NCBI GenBank assembly: GCA_963819655.1
Contig: CAWFXA010000002.1
Coordinates: 320,001-384,000, forward strand
Origin: an uncultured Chloroflexia bacterium
GTDB lineage: Bacteria > Chloroflexota > Limnocylindria > Limnocylindrales > CSP1-4
Direction of reading: 5' to 3'
Length of the DNA stretch: 64,000 bases
Shown here: positions 46,405 through 57,312 of the stretch, in pieces
Layout: each line of letters begins with the position of its first letter
Numbering within the stretch: the stretch's first letter is position 1
The notes under the pieces: model-generated
The model's input: only the letters and a program-made list of their open reading frames with translations
What the model was told of the DNA's origin: nothing
Database searches by the model: none
Position numbers and translations under genes: made by a program

Positions 46405-47055
46405 CTACGACACCGCGTTCGGGTCCGGTGTGTAGAAGGAGATCGTATTCGCGACGTTGCGTGCGACCGTCTCCGGGTCCGCGCCTGCGGCGCGGTTCGC
46501 CTCGCCCCAGGCCTCGCTGCTACGCGTGGAGAACTCCCGTCCTTCGGGTGACAGCTGCCACGCCTCCGGATCGCCGACGGACCCGCCACGAAGATGAAGA
46601 CCCAGCCCGTGCAGCCCCTGGTCCCAGCCCACGCCGACGGCGCCCGGCCCGTACTGACTCCACATCTCGCCCGGCACGACCGCCGTGTGCACGAAATCGA
46701 ACCGGGTCGATCCACCGTCGACCGTCATCAGCCGTACCTCGACTTCCGACGCGACGTCGTCGGTCGTCGGCTCGCCGTACGACCACGTCACCTTCAGCCG
46801 ATTCGGTCGCTCGCAGGCGAGGATCTCGCCCCCGGCGTTGCCCTCGAACTGGTAGCGACCGCCGAGGCGGTAGTCGCCGCTGATCGGCAGGAACCAGCGG
46901 CCGATCCGCTCGGGGTTCGTCAGCGCGTCCCAGACATCCTCGATGGGCGCGTCATAGTCACGCTGGAGGCGGATCGTCCGAGCTTCGCCGGCCGCGATCC
47001 GGCCCTCGCCGACCTCGCGCTTGACGGCCTCGATCTCACGGGCGATGTCGATCAT
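46405..47055 (-). CDS. SRPBCC/AHSA1 family protein
   Basis: YDAPIEDVWDALTNPERIGRW, GPGAVGVGWD. Confidence 0.88.
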   Translation of the reverse strand: MIDIAREIEAVKREVGEGRIAAGEARTIRLQRDYDAPIEDVWDALTNPERIGRWFLPISGDYRLGGRYQFEGNAGGEILACERPNRLKVTWSYGEPTTDDVASEVEVRLMTVDGGSTRFDFVHTAVVPGEMWSQYGPGAVGVGWDQGLHGLGLHLRGGSVGDPEAWQLSPEGREFSTRSSEAWGEANRAAGADPETVARNVANTISFYTPDPNAVS

Positions 47056-47423
47056 CACGTCTGCACTCCTTTCGAGCTGTCGGGCTCGGTCGCCCGAAGG
47101 CGGCGCTCGCGCCTGCCGCGAGCGAGCTCCGTCTCGAGCGAGTCGAGTCGCTGGACCAAGAACTGGCGGAAGTGGTCGAGCCAGTCGTCGACCTCGCGGA
47201 ACGACGCGGCGTCGACCGCGTACAGCCGGCGGGTGCCCTCGGGTCGGACGCTCGCGAACCCACTGTCGCGAAGGACCTTCAGGTGTTGCGACACGGCCGG
47301 TTGGGTGATCCCGAACTCTGCCTGAACGACCGCCGTGATCGCCCCTGAGGTCAGCTCGCCGTCCGCGAGCAGCTCGAGGATCCGGCGGCGGACGGGGTCT
47401 CCGAGAACATCGAATGCGTGCAC
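47055..47423 (-). CDS. ArsR/SmtB family regulator
   Basis: LGDPVRRRILELL, QPAVSQHLKVLRDSG; palindrome GACTTATATAAGTC at 47444-47457. Confidence 0.9.
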   Translation of the reverse strand: MHAFDVLGDPVRRRILELLADGELTSGAITAVVQAEFGITQPAVSQHLKVLRDSGFASVRPEGTRRLYAVDAASFREVDDWLDHFRQFLVQRLDSLETELARGRRERRLRATEPDSSKGVQT

Positions 47424-47510
47424 CGCGCGATATTACAAGGCAGGACTTATATAAGTCAACCATGAAACTCGGCCGGTGCCAACCCTGGCGCTGACGCGAC
47501 CGACCTCGCC

Positions 47511-49287
47511 GTGGGCCTGACGCTGAGCATCGTCGGATTCGTGACCTGGCAGCGACGCCCTCGTAGCGGGATCGGGTCGATGGTCGCGGTGACCGGTCTC
47601 CTCTGGCTGCTCGGCAGCGTCTTCCCCGCCGCGCTCTACCTCCATCGTGTCGGTCTGACGGTCTTGTTCCTGACGTACCCGAGCGGCAAGCTGGCCCGCC
47701 GCAGCGATCGGATCCTTGTCGTCGCGTCCATCGTCCTGGCCGCAGCGCTGCCATTCGTCGGGCCGTCGGACATCGCGACGCTCGGGCTCGCGACACTCGT
47801 GGCGGCGATCGTCGTTCGGCGAACGCTGCCAGCCACGGGGCCGGCCAGACGGGCCTCGACCAGTGCCGCCGCGGCGGCGGTCGCCTTCGCTTCGCTGCTT
47901 CTGGCCGGCAGCCTGGCTCGGGTGTTCGGTTGGCCCGTCGACGGGCTCATGCTGCTCGCGTACGAGGTCGCGGTCACCGTGATCGTGCCGTCTACGACCC
48001 GGCCGGCGAGCTGTGCGCGTTCTGCCCGACCAACCTCCTGTCGATCGGTGTCGATCCGACCATCCACGACCTGGTCACGCGGATCGGCCTCGTTCTGGCC
48101 GTCGCATGGACGTCGGCCGTGATCGCCCTGGCCGGGCGCCGAGTCATCACGGCGACCCGGATCCGGCGCCGGCTCATCGGGCCCGTCCTCTCGCCCGCGG
48201 CGGCCTTCCTCGGGCTCGTCGCCCTCGGCGCAGGGGGAGACCTGCTCGGCAACCCGCTCAGCGCGGAGGCCAGGAGCTGGCTTCGCGGCCTCGAGGCCGT
48301 CGCGCTCGGGTCGATGGCCGCCGGGGTCGCCTGGCCGTGGCTCCGGGCGAGGCGGACTCGAACGGCGGTGACCAAGCTCGTGGTGGAGCTCGACACGTCG
48401 CAGGCGAGTGGTGACCTGCGCGACGTGCTCGCGCACGAGTTGTCCGACCCCGACCTCGAGGTCGCCTATCTGCTGGCGGACGGCCGCTTCGTCGCTCGCG
48501 ACGGTCGCGAGGTCGATGTCGGACCGGAACCGGGGCGCGCCGTGACGCCGCTTGTCCGGGGACAGGAAGTCGTCGGTCTCCTCCGCCATCGTCGCGATCT
48601 GCTGGACGATCCCGAGCGGATCGATGACGTCGTCGCAGCCCTCCGGCTGACGCTCGAGGGCGAGCGGCTGCGCGCCGAACTCCACGCACAGCTCGAGGAC
48701 CTTCGCGCATCGCGCATTCGCATCGTCGAGGCGTCCGACGCCGAACGGAGGCGACTTGAACGGGACCTGCACGATGGAGCGCAACAGCGGCTCGTCGGGC
48801 TCGCGATGGCCCTGCGACTGCTCGATCGGGAGCTGGAGACGCACGGGATGGAGTCGTCACGGTGGCTGGTGGCGGAGGCCAGCGACGAGCTCCGGGCGGG
48901 GATCGCGGAGCTCCGAGATCTCGCTCACGGCATCTACCCAGCCGAACTGGGCGGCGAGGGCCTGGCCGCCGCCTCGAAGCGCTCAGGGAAGCATCGAAAG
49001 TGGCCATCGAGTTGGGATCGCTGCCGACGGAGCGCCTCGATCCTCGGGTCGAGGCGACGGCCTATTTCGTCGTTGCCGAGGCGCTGCGACGAACCGCGGC
49101 CGACAAGCTCCGCGTGACAGCCGGGCACGACGGCGATCGACTTGTCGTCGAGATCGAGCAGGATGCGATCGCGCACGACGACGTCGTGGCGCTCCACGAC
49201 CGGGTCGGCGCACTCGACGGGACGATCGTCGTCCACACCACGGAGACGTCGCTCTCCATCAGGGCGGAGATTCCATGCGCATCGTGA
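47511..49287 (+). CDS. Membrane-bound HisKA_3 sensor histidine kinase (frameshifts near 47990 and 48975; start uncertain)
   Basis: ERRRLERDLHDGAQQRL, ELRDLAHGIYP, EATAYFVVAEAL. Confidence 0.8.
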
Positions 49288-49919
49288 TCGCCGACGACGA
49301 AGTCCTCTTGCGCCAGGGCGTCGCTCGGCTGCTGACGGACGCGGGATTCGAGGTCGTGGCGACGGCGGGGACGAGGGACGAGCTCATCCGGGCCGTCGAA
49401 CGCCATCGACCCGACCTCGCGATCGTCGACATCCGCATGCCACCGACGCACACCGACGAGGGCCTGACGGCCAGCCAGGAGCTACGCCGCAGTCAGCCCG
49501 AGCTGGGCATCCTCATCCTGTCTCACTACCTTGAGTCGCGATACGCGATGCGGCTGCTGCAGGACCAGCCGGAGCGCGCTGGCTACCTCCTCAAGGAGCG
49601 TGTCTCCGACATAGCCGTACTCACTGACGCCCTGCGCCGCATCGACGACGGTGAGTGCGTCCTCGACCCGACCATCGTGGCCAGGCTCATCGGCCGCCGG
49701 CGAAGCCCGAATCCGCTCGTCGACCTATCGGAGCGCGAGGTGGAGGTTCTCGGCCTGATGGCCGAGGGCCGCTCGAACCATGCCATCGGTGAGCTGCTTT
49801 TCGTCAGCCACAAGACGGTCGAATCGCACGTCCGGCAGATCTTCATGAAGCTCGGCCTGGAGGAAACGCCCGACGACCACCGGCGCGTGCTGGCTGTCCT
49901 GGCCTATCTCAGGGCGTGA
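49275..49919 (+). CDS. NarL/LuxR family response regulator
   Basis: MRIVIADD, DIRMPP, GYLLK, LSEREVEVLGLMAEGRSN. Confidence 0.95.
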   Translation: MRIVIADDEVLLRQGVARLLTDAGFEVVATAGTRDELIRAVERHRPDLAIVDIRMPPTHTDEGLTASQELRRSQPELGILILSHYLESRYAMRLLQDQPERAGYLLKERVSDIAVLTDALRRIDDGECVLDPTIVARLIGRRRSPNPLVDLSEREVEVLGLMAEGRSNHAIGELLFVSHKTVESHVRQIFMKLGLEETPDDHRRVLAVLAYLRA

Positions 49920-50014
49920 TGGATGCTGGCACCGGCCCACGATGAGGGCGGACCCTGATGGCGACCGGCGAGGGTCTGCCTAGCCTCGGACGATCGGATC
50001 AACCGAGGAGGTGG

Positions 50015-51488
50015 ATGATGAAGACGAGGCTCGGGAGCCGGAGTGGGCTCCGAACGTTGATCATGACCATCGGCCTGGCGAGCGCGTTGCTCGGCTGCCA
50101 AGCGCCGACGGCCGCGCCGGCTGCCGATCGGGCGGGAGGCGCGCCGACGCCGACGACGCTGACCCTCATCACGGGTGAAACCGATCCGTCGGAGGTCCAG
50201 CCGTTCGTGAACGCCGTCCAGCGACTGACCGACGGCTCCCTGACCATCGAGGTCAAGACCGACTGGCGGCCGGGCGAGGCGACCTATGAGAGCGGCATCA
50301 TCGGGGACGTCATTGACGGCAAGGCGGATCTCGGCGTGACCGGGGTCCGGGCGTTCGATGCCGACCCCATCGGGGTGACCGCCTTCCAGGGCTTCCTGGC
50401 GCCCTTCCTGATCACGACCTACGACCTCCAGGAGCGCGTCCTTGCCGGAGCGGCCGCCGAGGCGACCCTGGGTGCGCTGGAGCCGCTCGGCCTGGCCGGC
50501 ATCGGCTTCGATCCCGGTCCGCTCCGACGCCCGCTCGGCACCAGCCGGCGACTGGCCAGCCCGGCAGACTTCGAGGGCGCGGCGTTCGGGGCGCGCGAGG
50601 GCGCCGTCGCGGTGGCCACGCTCGAGGCCCTCGGCGGGACGGCCACGACCTTCGTGCCCGGCCAAGCGGCTGGGCTCGACGGCATGGAGGCGCACGTGTC
50701 CATGATCGCAGGCAACGGCTACGACAAGGGCGCTGACTCGCTGGCCAGCGACATCGTCCTCTGGCCGCGCGTCAGCGTGCTCTTCGCCAACGCGGCTGCA
50801 TTCGACCGCCTCAGCCCCGAGCAGCAGGCTGCCCTGCGCCAGGCCTCCGTCGACGTCAGGGCCGATCGGCTGACAGAGATCGGCTGGGAGGAGGACGAAG
50901 GCCTCACGAACCTCTGCCGGCGAGGCATCCAGCTGACCGCCGCGGGCGCGTCGGCGCTCGAGGAGCTCGAGGAGGCGGTCGCGCCGGTCTACGACGCGAT
51001 CGCCAAGGACCCGCTCGCCGCGGCCGTCATGGAGGACGCGAGGCGACTCGGCGCGGGTACGTCCGCGCCAACGCCCGTCGAGTGTGCTCGAGTCGCCGGC
51101 AAGCCCGACGCCATCCAATGCACCCTCACCTTCTGCGCTGGAGGGTGCCTGGGAGACGTGCGTGACCTGGGAGGAGCTGCTGGCGGCCGGCGCCGACGCA
51201 GGCGAGAACAACGCCGAGCAACATCGGCTGCCACGTCCTGCGCTTCGAAGGCGACCGCTTCTGGGTCTACCGACCGGGATCCGAGCCGGGATCCCACGAC
51301 GCCAGGGTTCGATACTGACGGGACCTTCGAGATCGACGAGGCCGATCAGTCCATTACGTTCAACCTCGAGGACGGCTATCGGTTTGTCTACACCTGGAGC
51401 CTATTCGAGGACACGCTCAGCTTCAGGAAGGTCTCCTTCGGCCCAACGCTCGCTTGTGGTCAAGCCGTTCACTCGCTCCGACGACTGA
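50015..51488 (+). CDS. TRAP-type DctP-like solute-binding lipoprotein with C-terminal extension (frameshifted)
   Basis: RBS GAGGAGG; LLGC lipobox; APFLI, PLRRP, FDRLSPEQQAALRQA. Confidence 0.72.
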
Positions 51489-51660
51489 CGTCGTGGGCTA
51501 AGGGCCTTCCCTGAGGGCAGTGCGCCATAGCCTGTGGCAGCCCTGACCCGGAAGCCGGGCTGGCTCGGTCCCAACGAGCCGACCCGGCTCGTAGCGTCCA
51601 CGGAAGCGGATCGAGCGACTCGAACTGGCGGGTCCGATCCGCGCCAGGGAGGGCAGCGCG

Positions 51661-52164
51661 ATGCGCAACATGCGAACGATATCCGGCACTCTGGCGACGG
51701 TCCTGTTGCTCGGGATCCCGGCGAGCGTCGCCGCCGGCGGTCCCATCGAGCGGATCGTGGACCGCCACCACAAGACGGAGATCGTCGAGGTCGTCACTGA
51801 CGACGTCTGCGGCGACGTCGGCGGCGGCCTCGGCCTCCGGTCGGGCGTCTTCCGGATGGTGGAGACGGGTCATACCCAGATCACCGACTTCGGAGACCGG
51901 TTCCAGGTCATCGACGTCGAGAATGGGACGTTCTCGTATGACTTTGACGACCCATCCATCCCCGACGTCTCCGGCTATCGCTACACGAGCCCGCTCAATT
52001 TCGTGGCCAACAAGAACGAAGACTCGCACTTCATGCAGAACCTCCACGAGCACCTGCCCGGCCACCCCGACGGGATCACCGTCTCGGAGCGCTGGCACTT
52101 CGCGTGGAAGGATGGCGCGCCGTTCATCGAGCGCTATTTCTTCAACGTCACCGGGTGCCCGTGA
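51661..52164 (+). CDS. Hypothetical secreted protein
   Basis: RBS GGAGG, signal peptide, strong GC3 bias. Confidence 0.75.
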   Translation: MRNMRTISGTLATVLLLGIPASVAAGGPIERIVDRHHKTEIVEVVTDDVCGDVGGGLGLRSGVFRMVETGHTQITDFGDRFQVIDVENGTFSYDFDDPSIPDVSGYRYTSPLNFVANKNEDSHFMQNLHEHLPGHPDGITVSERWHFAWKDGAPFIERYFFNVTGCP

Positions 52165-52266
52165 CGGCGGCAGACCCGTTGGTCGACGTACCAGGGTGGG
52201 CGGGCTCGACCCGCCCACTCGTCCTCGACGTCGGTAACAGGCGCTCGCGGTGCGCGTCTCACCAGC

Positions 52267-52929
52267 ATGACCGTTATGTCTGAGACGACGACCACGGAGG
52301 ACATCCCGGCCGCCCTTGAGCGTCCACGGATCGGTGGCCGCGCGGACGGACGCCGCAACAGTGACCTGCGCAGACATTGGTCGCGGATGGTGTTCGTCGC
52401 GCTCTTCGCGGTCGGTGTGGCGGCCTGCGGTGGGGGTGCGCCAAGCCCCGACTCGGGCGCCACGCCACGGCCCGCGTTCTCCTATGACGAGTACGCCACG
52501 GCATTCTGCGCGGCCTGGGCGGCCCTGTTCACCGCGGTCGGCAATCCGGATACGGCCGAAGGGTCCCTGCTCAGCAAGGCGCTTGATGAAGCGGTCGCCA
52601 CCGAGAACGGCCCAGAGGCCGAGCGGTTGGCTGCCGAGATCACCGCTGGACTCGAGTCAGGCCGGCGGCATGCCAGGGTCGCCGCCGCGTGGCCTCCGGC
52701 GGCGCCGGCGATGGCCGAGTTCGACCGCGTGTTCGTGGCGTTCGAGGCGATGGTCGCCGCGAAGGCGGCGTCGGCCACGGTCACGGCGAACCCGGTCGAT
52801 CCGCAGGCGGCCTTCGAGGGGGCTGGTGGAGTCGAGGCGTACTTCGCCATGATCGACGCCATGCGCGCGATGCCGTCCGCTGGCCAGGCAGGGTCGCAGC
52901 AATGCCCTGACCTGCCAGTCGGGCCTTGA
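52267..52929 (+). CDS. Hypothetical lipoprotein (start uncertain)
   Basis: VAAC lipobox followed by a helical domain. Confidence 0.65.
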   Translation: MTVMSETTTTEDIPAALERPRIGGRADGRRNSDLRRHWSRMVFVALFAVGVAACGGGAPSPDSGATPRPAFSYDEYATAFCAAWAALFTAVGNPDTAEGSLLSKALDEAVATENGPEAERLAAEITAGLESGRRHARVAAAWPPAAPAMAEFDRVFVAFEAMVAAKAASATVTANPVDPQAAFEGAGGVEAYFAMIDAMRAMPSAGQAGSQQCPDLPVGP

Positions 52930-53030
52930 CTCCGAGCGCGGGTGGAATTGAGCAGTTTTCGAGAAGCGGCCGCCAGGTTCGGTTCCTACCATCGGACTCG
53001 TCGATCAGCTTCACGAGAAGGAGAAACCAC

Positions 53031-53444
53031 ATGAACTCGCACGTCAGCGCGATCCTGCTTGGCGTCAACGACATGGAGCGATCCAAGCGCTTCTACGTGG
53101 ACGGGCTGGGCTGGAAGGTCCAGGACGACTACAAGATCTCGGTGTTCTTCGTGCCCCACGGCGGCTCGCTCGTCGGCTTCTACGGCCGCGAGGGCCTGGC
53201 CGACATGGTCGGGGCCAGCCGCGAGGGGAGCGGTTTCAGTGGCGTCGTCCTGAATTACGTCGTGCGCAGCGAGGCACGTGTCGACGCGGTCATGGAGGAG
53301 GCCGAGAAGGCCGGCGCACAGATCCTCAAGCCCGCGGCAACGCTGCAGTGGGGTGGCTACGGCGGAACCTTCGCGGACCCGGACGGCTACGTCTGGAGCA
53401 TCGGCTACAGCGCGCAGGGAAAGGATCAGGCCTACGCCGAGTAG
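53031..53444 (+). CDS. VOC/glyoxalase family protein
   Basis: LGVNDMERSKRFY..GLGW, WGGYGGTFADPDG; RBS AAGGAG. Confidence 0.9.
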   Translation: MNSHVSAILLGVNDMERSKRFYVDGLGWKVQDDYKISVFFVPHGGSLVGFYGREGLADMVGASREGSGFSGVVLNYVVRSEARVDAVMEEAEKAGAQILKPAATLQWGGYGGTFADPDGYVWSIGYSAQGKDQAYAE

Positions 53445-53653
53445 CGAGCAATGGGGGTCGTGACGCGGTCGGCTCGAGCGTTGTCACTCGACCGCGTGCG
53501 CCACGGTGGCGATCACGTCGGGCCCGAGCGCGGCCAGGCCGATCAGTCGACGATCACCACGACCCCGAACGCCACTGCTGCCGTGGGATGGCCGTCCCCG
53601 GCGAGCGCCTGCGGACGCCGCGCTAACGAGCGCGGACCGCACGACCGGGTCGC

Positions 53654-54820
53654 TTAGTCAGCCGGTCGGGACGGTGCCCAGGCGTAGATGTCATATGCCG
53701 CCGGCTTGTGGGTGACCTGCCAGACGAACGTGCCCTCGAGGTCGATGATCCAGAGGTCGTTCGAGTGGCGCTCGCCGCGTCGGACGAGCAGATGCGAGCC
53801 GTCGGGCGACCAGGCTGGCATCGTGATGTCTTCTGACAGATCCTTCGGCGTGACCGATGTTGCGCCTGTTCCGTCCGGCTTGATCAGCGAGATGAGCGCA
53901 GCGTCGTCGCCCGAGGTCGAGTAACCGATCCACTCCCCGTTCGGCGACCAGGAGGCACCCCACCTGTCACCGAAATCGGTGACTTGAACAGGCTCGCCAT
54001 CGACGCCATCGACGATGAACAGCGCGTTGCCGTCCGCGCCGTGTCCGACGCGCCATGCGGTGAACGCGAACCGACGACCGTCGCCCGAGAGTCCGGTTCC
54101 GGTGATCTCCGTCTTCGTGCCTTCCGGGTTGAGCTGGCGCATGTCGGTCCCGTCGGCCGCTATCACGTAGACGTTGCCGGCGTGGCGAAAGTCGTTGTCC
54201 GTGTTCGCTCCGAGGTCACCGTGGAAGTAGATGTGCGACCCGTTCGCGGACATGCCGATCGGATCGATACCCAGCACGCCGTCGGGCACCGGCGTCACGT
54301 GGTGGAGGCCGGTCAGGTCCGTGTTCGCCGTCCAAACCCCCGCACGCGTCGCGTCTGTGTCGTCCCACCCGAAGAACGCCACGTGGCGGCCATCGGCGCT
54401 GCCGAAGCCGGGTGCAAGGCTGAGCGTCGGGATGTCCGGCACGTGGACGACGCGATTGCCGCCGTCCGGATCCTGCGTCGTGAACGCAAGGGCCGTGTCG
54501 GTCTCGGTGACCGTCCAGATCTGTGAGCCGTCGGTTGACCATCGGATGCACGCGCAGCCCTTGGTCTCGAAGAGCGCGTGCTCGTTCCGGCCATTCGAAT
54601 CGACGCTGAAATACCGCTCGACCTCGTCCGGGTCGACGCGCATGTAGGCGATCCGGCCGGGCGGGACCTTCGAGGCGTCGACCGATGGCGCGGCAGACGG
54701 CGAGCTCGCGGCGCTTGGCGAGCTCGCGGCGCTTGGCGAGGCGTTGCCGCTGGCTGGACTGCCGAGGCTGGCATTGCAACCAGCGAGGGCGAGCGCAAGG
54801 GCGACGATGACGGCTTTCAT
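53654..54820 (-). CDS. TolB/PD40-like beta-propeller lipoprotein
   Basis: LAGC lipobox; repeated WSPDG/WSPNG/WSTDG. Confidence 0.82.
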   Translation of the reverse strand: MKAVIVALALALAGCNASLGSPASGNASPSAASSPSAASSPSAAPSVDASKVPPGRIAYMRVDPDEVERYFSVDSNGRNEHALFETKGCACIRWSTDGSQIWTVTETDTALAFTTQDPDGGNRVVHVPDIPTLSLAPGFGSADGRHVAFFGWDDTDATRAGVWTANTDLTGLHHVTPVPDGVLGIDPIGMSANGSHIYFHGDLGANTDNDFRHAGNVYVIAADGTDMRQLNPEGTKTEITGTGLSGDGRRFAFTAWRVGHGADGNALFIVDGVDGEPVQVTDFGDRWGASWSPNGEWIGYSTSGDDAALISLIKPDGTGATSVTPKDLSEDITMPAWSPDGSHLLVRRGERHSNDLWIIDLEGTFVWQVTHKPAAYDIYAWAPSRPAD

Positions 54821-54949
54821 GGCGTGGTGCCTCCTGCTTTCGCACACCAAGGCGAGCGGCGGAGGGTGGTTCGTTCCATCTGCCTGGCCGGGGTTCGCGT
54901 CTGCGGCTAACGAGGCGTGCCGTGACGGTCGGGGCATAAGCTGTCGTCG

Positions 54950-55849
54950 ATGGCGTCACCTCAGACCGGCATCTTCGCGCTTGGGACCGCGTCGCACGCC
55001 TACCTCGAGTTCGACCTCATCGACCCAGCTTCGGCCCCGACGGCTTTCGCGCGTGTCGCCGCCCTGCGCGAACCGCGCACCACGATCGGTGGCGTGAACC
55101 TGGTCGCCGGATTTCGACCGGAGTCGTGGGCGTCGGTGGCGCCGGACGCTGCCCCGCCAGGCGTCACAGGTTTCAACACTCCGCTGATCGGTCCGAGCGG
55201 CTACGTGCTGCCAGCGACGCAGCATGACGTCGTGATCTGGCTGACCGGTGCCACCTACGACGTGGTGTTCGATCTGTCACACGGCATCGTCGCGGCCCTG
55301 GCGGAGCAGGCCAGACTCGTGCGGGAGATGGTGGGCTGGCCGTATCACCACGACCTCGACCTGACCGGGTTCATCGACGGCACCGAGAACCCCACGCTGG
55401 TCGAGGCGACGTCGGTGGCCCTCATCCCACGCGGTTCGCAGGGTGAGGACGGATCGATCCTGCTGCTCCAGCAGTGGGAGCACGACGCGACGATGTGGGA
55501 CAGCCTGCCTGTGCCCACGCAGGAGGCGATCATCGGCCGCCGGAAAGCCGATAGCGCCGAGTTCGACCCGCCGCCACCGACCTCGCACGTCGCACGCACG
55601 GACCAGGACGCGTTCGGGAAGATCTTCCGGCGAAACATCGCCTATGGGACTGTCGCCAGCCACGGCACGATCTTCGTCGGTTTCAGTGCCGAGCAGCGGA
55701 TCCTCAGCGCGATGCTCGATAGCATGATCGGTGCCGGAGACGGACCGGCGGATGCGCTCACGACGGTCACGCACGCCATCTCCGGTGCCTACTACGTCAT
55801 CCCGTCCGCCGATCGGCTGGCCGCGCTCGGCGCGGATGACCGGAGCTGA
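54950..55849 (+). CDS. Dyp-type peroxidase
   Basis: DLTGFIDGTENP, IIGRRK, SHVART, IFRRN. Confidence 0.92.
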   Translation: MASPQTGIFALGTASHAYLEFDLIDPASAPTAFARVAALREPRTTIGGVNLVAGFRPESWASVAPDAAPPGVTGFNTPLIGPSGYVLPATQHDVVIWLTGATYDVVFDLSHGIVAALAEQARLVREMVGWPYHHDLDLTGFIDGTENPTLVEATSVALIPRGSQGEDGSILLLQQWEHDATMWDSLPVPTQEAIIGRRKADSAEFDPPPPTSHVARTDQDAFGKIFRRNIAYGTVASHGTIFVGFSAEQRILSAMLDSMIGAGDGPADALTTVTHAISGAYYVIPSADRLAALGADDRS

Positions 55850-55967
55850 GGGCTGCGGCTAACCGGAGGCCGAGCACGCCGGGTGGCCGGCTGGGTTCGA
55901 CGGGGCGCGATCAGTAAGGTCGCAGACATCGACCACTGACGATCGTGGGCGGGCGAGGGAGGCGACG

Positions 55968-56681
55968 ATGACGACCGGGACGCTGAAGCCAGCCATCGTC
56001 GATGCAGATGGGACGTCGTTGTACCGAGTCGGGGGTCTCGCCGCGATCGCGTTCGGGATCGCGTACGTCGTCATCTTTCCGCTGTATGCGTCTGTCGGGG
56101 CTCCGCCGGATGGTGGTGAGGCGTGGCTGAGCTATGCCGATGGCAAGACCGCAGCGTGGTGGGCCATCGTCGGTCTGTCCGTCCTGACCGACTTCCTCCT
56201 CGTGCCGATCACGTTGGCGCTCTATCTCGCCCTGAAGGAGGTCGACAGGAACGGGGTCCTGCTCGCCATGGCCTTCGTGGCTGCGTTCGTCGTCCTGGAC
56301 CTGGCGGTCACCTGGCCGAATCTGGCGGTCCTCATCTCACTCACGGGCGACTTCGGCGCGGCAGCAAGTGACGCTCGACGTGCGGCGATCGTGGCGGCAG
56401 CCGAGTATCCCTCGGCGGTCCTGAGCTCCACGTTGGCGGGTGTCTATAGCATCGCTACGCTATCGGTGGGGATCCTGATGCTGAGCCACGTCATGCTCCG
56501 CAGCGCGTTCAGCAGGACGGCCGCCTTCGTGGGCGTGGCGACAGGCACGCTCGGGATCATCTCGGTGGCGGGGCCATTCGTTGTGAGTGCTCTGGGCTTG
56601 ATGGTCATCCTGGCCTCCGTTCTCACCACCGTGTGGGCATTCCTGGTCGGCCACCGGCTGTACCGGCTCGGAGCGCACTGA
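55968..56681 (+). CDS. DUF4386-like membrane protein
   Basis: Multi-TM; LALYLALK; RBS GGAGG. Confidence 0.65.
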   Translation: MTTGTLKPAIVDADGTSLYRVGGLAAIAFGIAYVVIFPLYASVGAPPDGGEAWLSYADGKTAAWWAIVGLSVLTDFLLVPITLALYLALKEVDRNGVLLAMAFVAAFVVLDLAVTWPNLAVLISLTGDFGAAASDARRAAIVAAAEYPSAVLSSTLAGVYSIATLSVGILMLSHVMLRSAFSRTAAFVGVATGTLGIISVAGPFVVSALGLMVILASVLTTVWAFLVGHRLYRLGAH

Positions 56682-56755
56682 CGTCGACGGTGGCAGGCTG
56701 AGGTGATGCGTCATCCCACGTCCGTCGCGGGGACCGGGACCTAGCCGCAGCCGGG

Positions 56756-57187
56756 CTACTGCTCGAGCAGCTTCTTCAGGCTCCCGAGTGCACCCTTCCA
56801 GGCCTGCTCCGACGTCGCGGCGGCATCCTCCGACGGCAGGTTCCGCTCCTTGATCGTCAGCTCGGTGCCGCCGCCGATCTCGACGAGCTGCCATGTGACG
56901 ACCTGGTAGTGCGCGGGATCGTCGGGCTTGCCGGACACGTCGCTCCAGTGCGTGTGCACGAGGCGCCGCGGCGGCTCGATCTCGAGGATCTCGCCCTTGT
57001 CGACGTAGGGCTTGCTCTGATACTCGCCAGAGTGGACGAGCTGGCTGCCCACCATCCAATCGGATTCGGTGTCCACGCCGAAGAACCATTTCTTGATCTG
57101 GGACGGGGTCGTGATCGCGCCCCACACGACATCGATCGGGGCGTCGATAACGGTCGAGCTCGTGATCTCCTTCACTGTCGTCTGCAT
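56756..57187 (-). CDS. SRPBCC/AHSA1 family protein
   Basis: IDAPIDVVWGAITTP...KGEILEIEPPRRL. Confidence 0.88.
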   Translation of the reverse strand: MQTTVKEITSSTVIDAPIDVVWGAITTPSQIKKWFFGVDTESDWMVGSQLVHSGEYQSKPYVDKGEILEIEPPRRLVHTHWSDVSGKPDDPAHYQVVTWQLVEIGGGTELTIKERNLPSEDAAATSEQAWKGALGSLKKLLEQ

Positions 57188-57312
57188 GATGTCCTCCTCG
57201 TGCGACGAAGACATCGACGTTCTCACGCAGCGGCTGACGCGCGGCTCATGACGGTCGCCTGACGCAGTTGCAGCTTGGTGGCATCCGAAGGCCGCCGCCA
57301 GGGGGTCACGCG

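Noticed and set aside
53461-53635. GAGCGTTGT (53476) and CTAACGAGCG (~53623) resembling the R motif and site
   Set aside because: Only 9-10 bp matches with no L arm at the right spacing; the first sits in an ordinary hairpin (ACGCGGTCG/CGACCGCGT) between convergent genes.
54901-55925. CTGCGGCTAAC repeated at both sides of the Dyp gene as possible attC R'' boxes
   Set aside because: No complementary GTTAGCC partner and no convincing attC hairpin; an 11-bp match may be chance.
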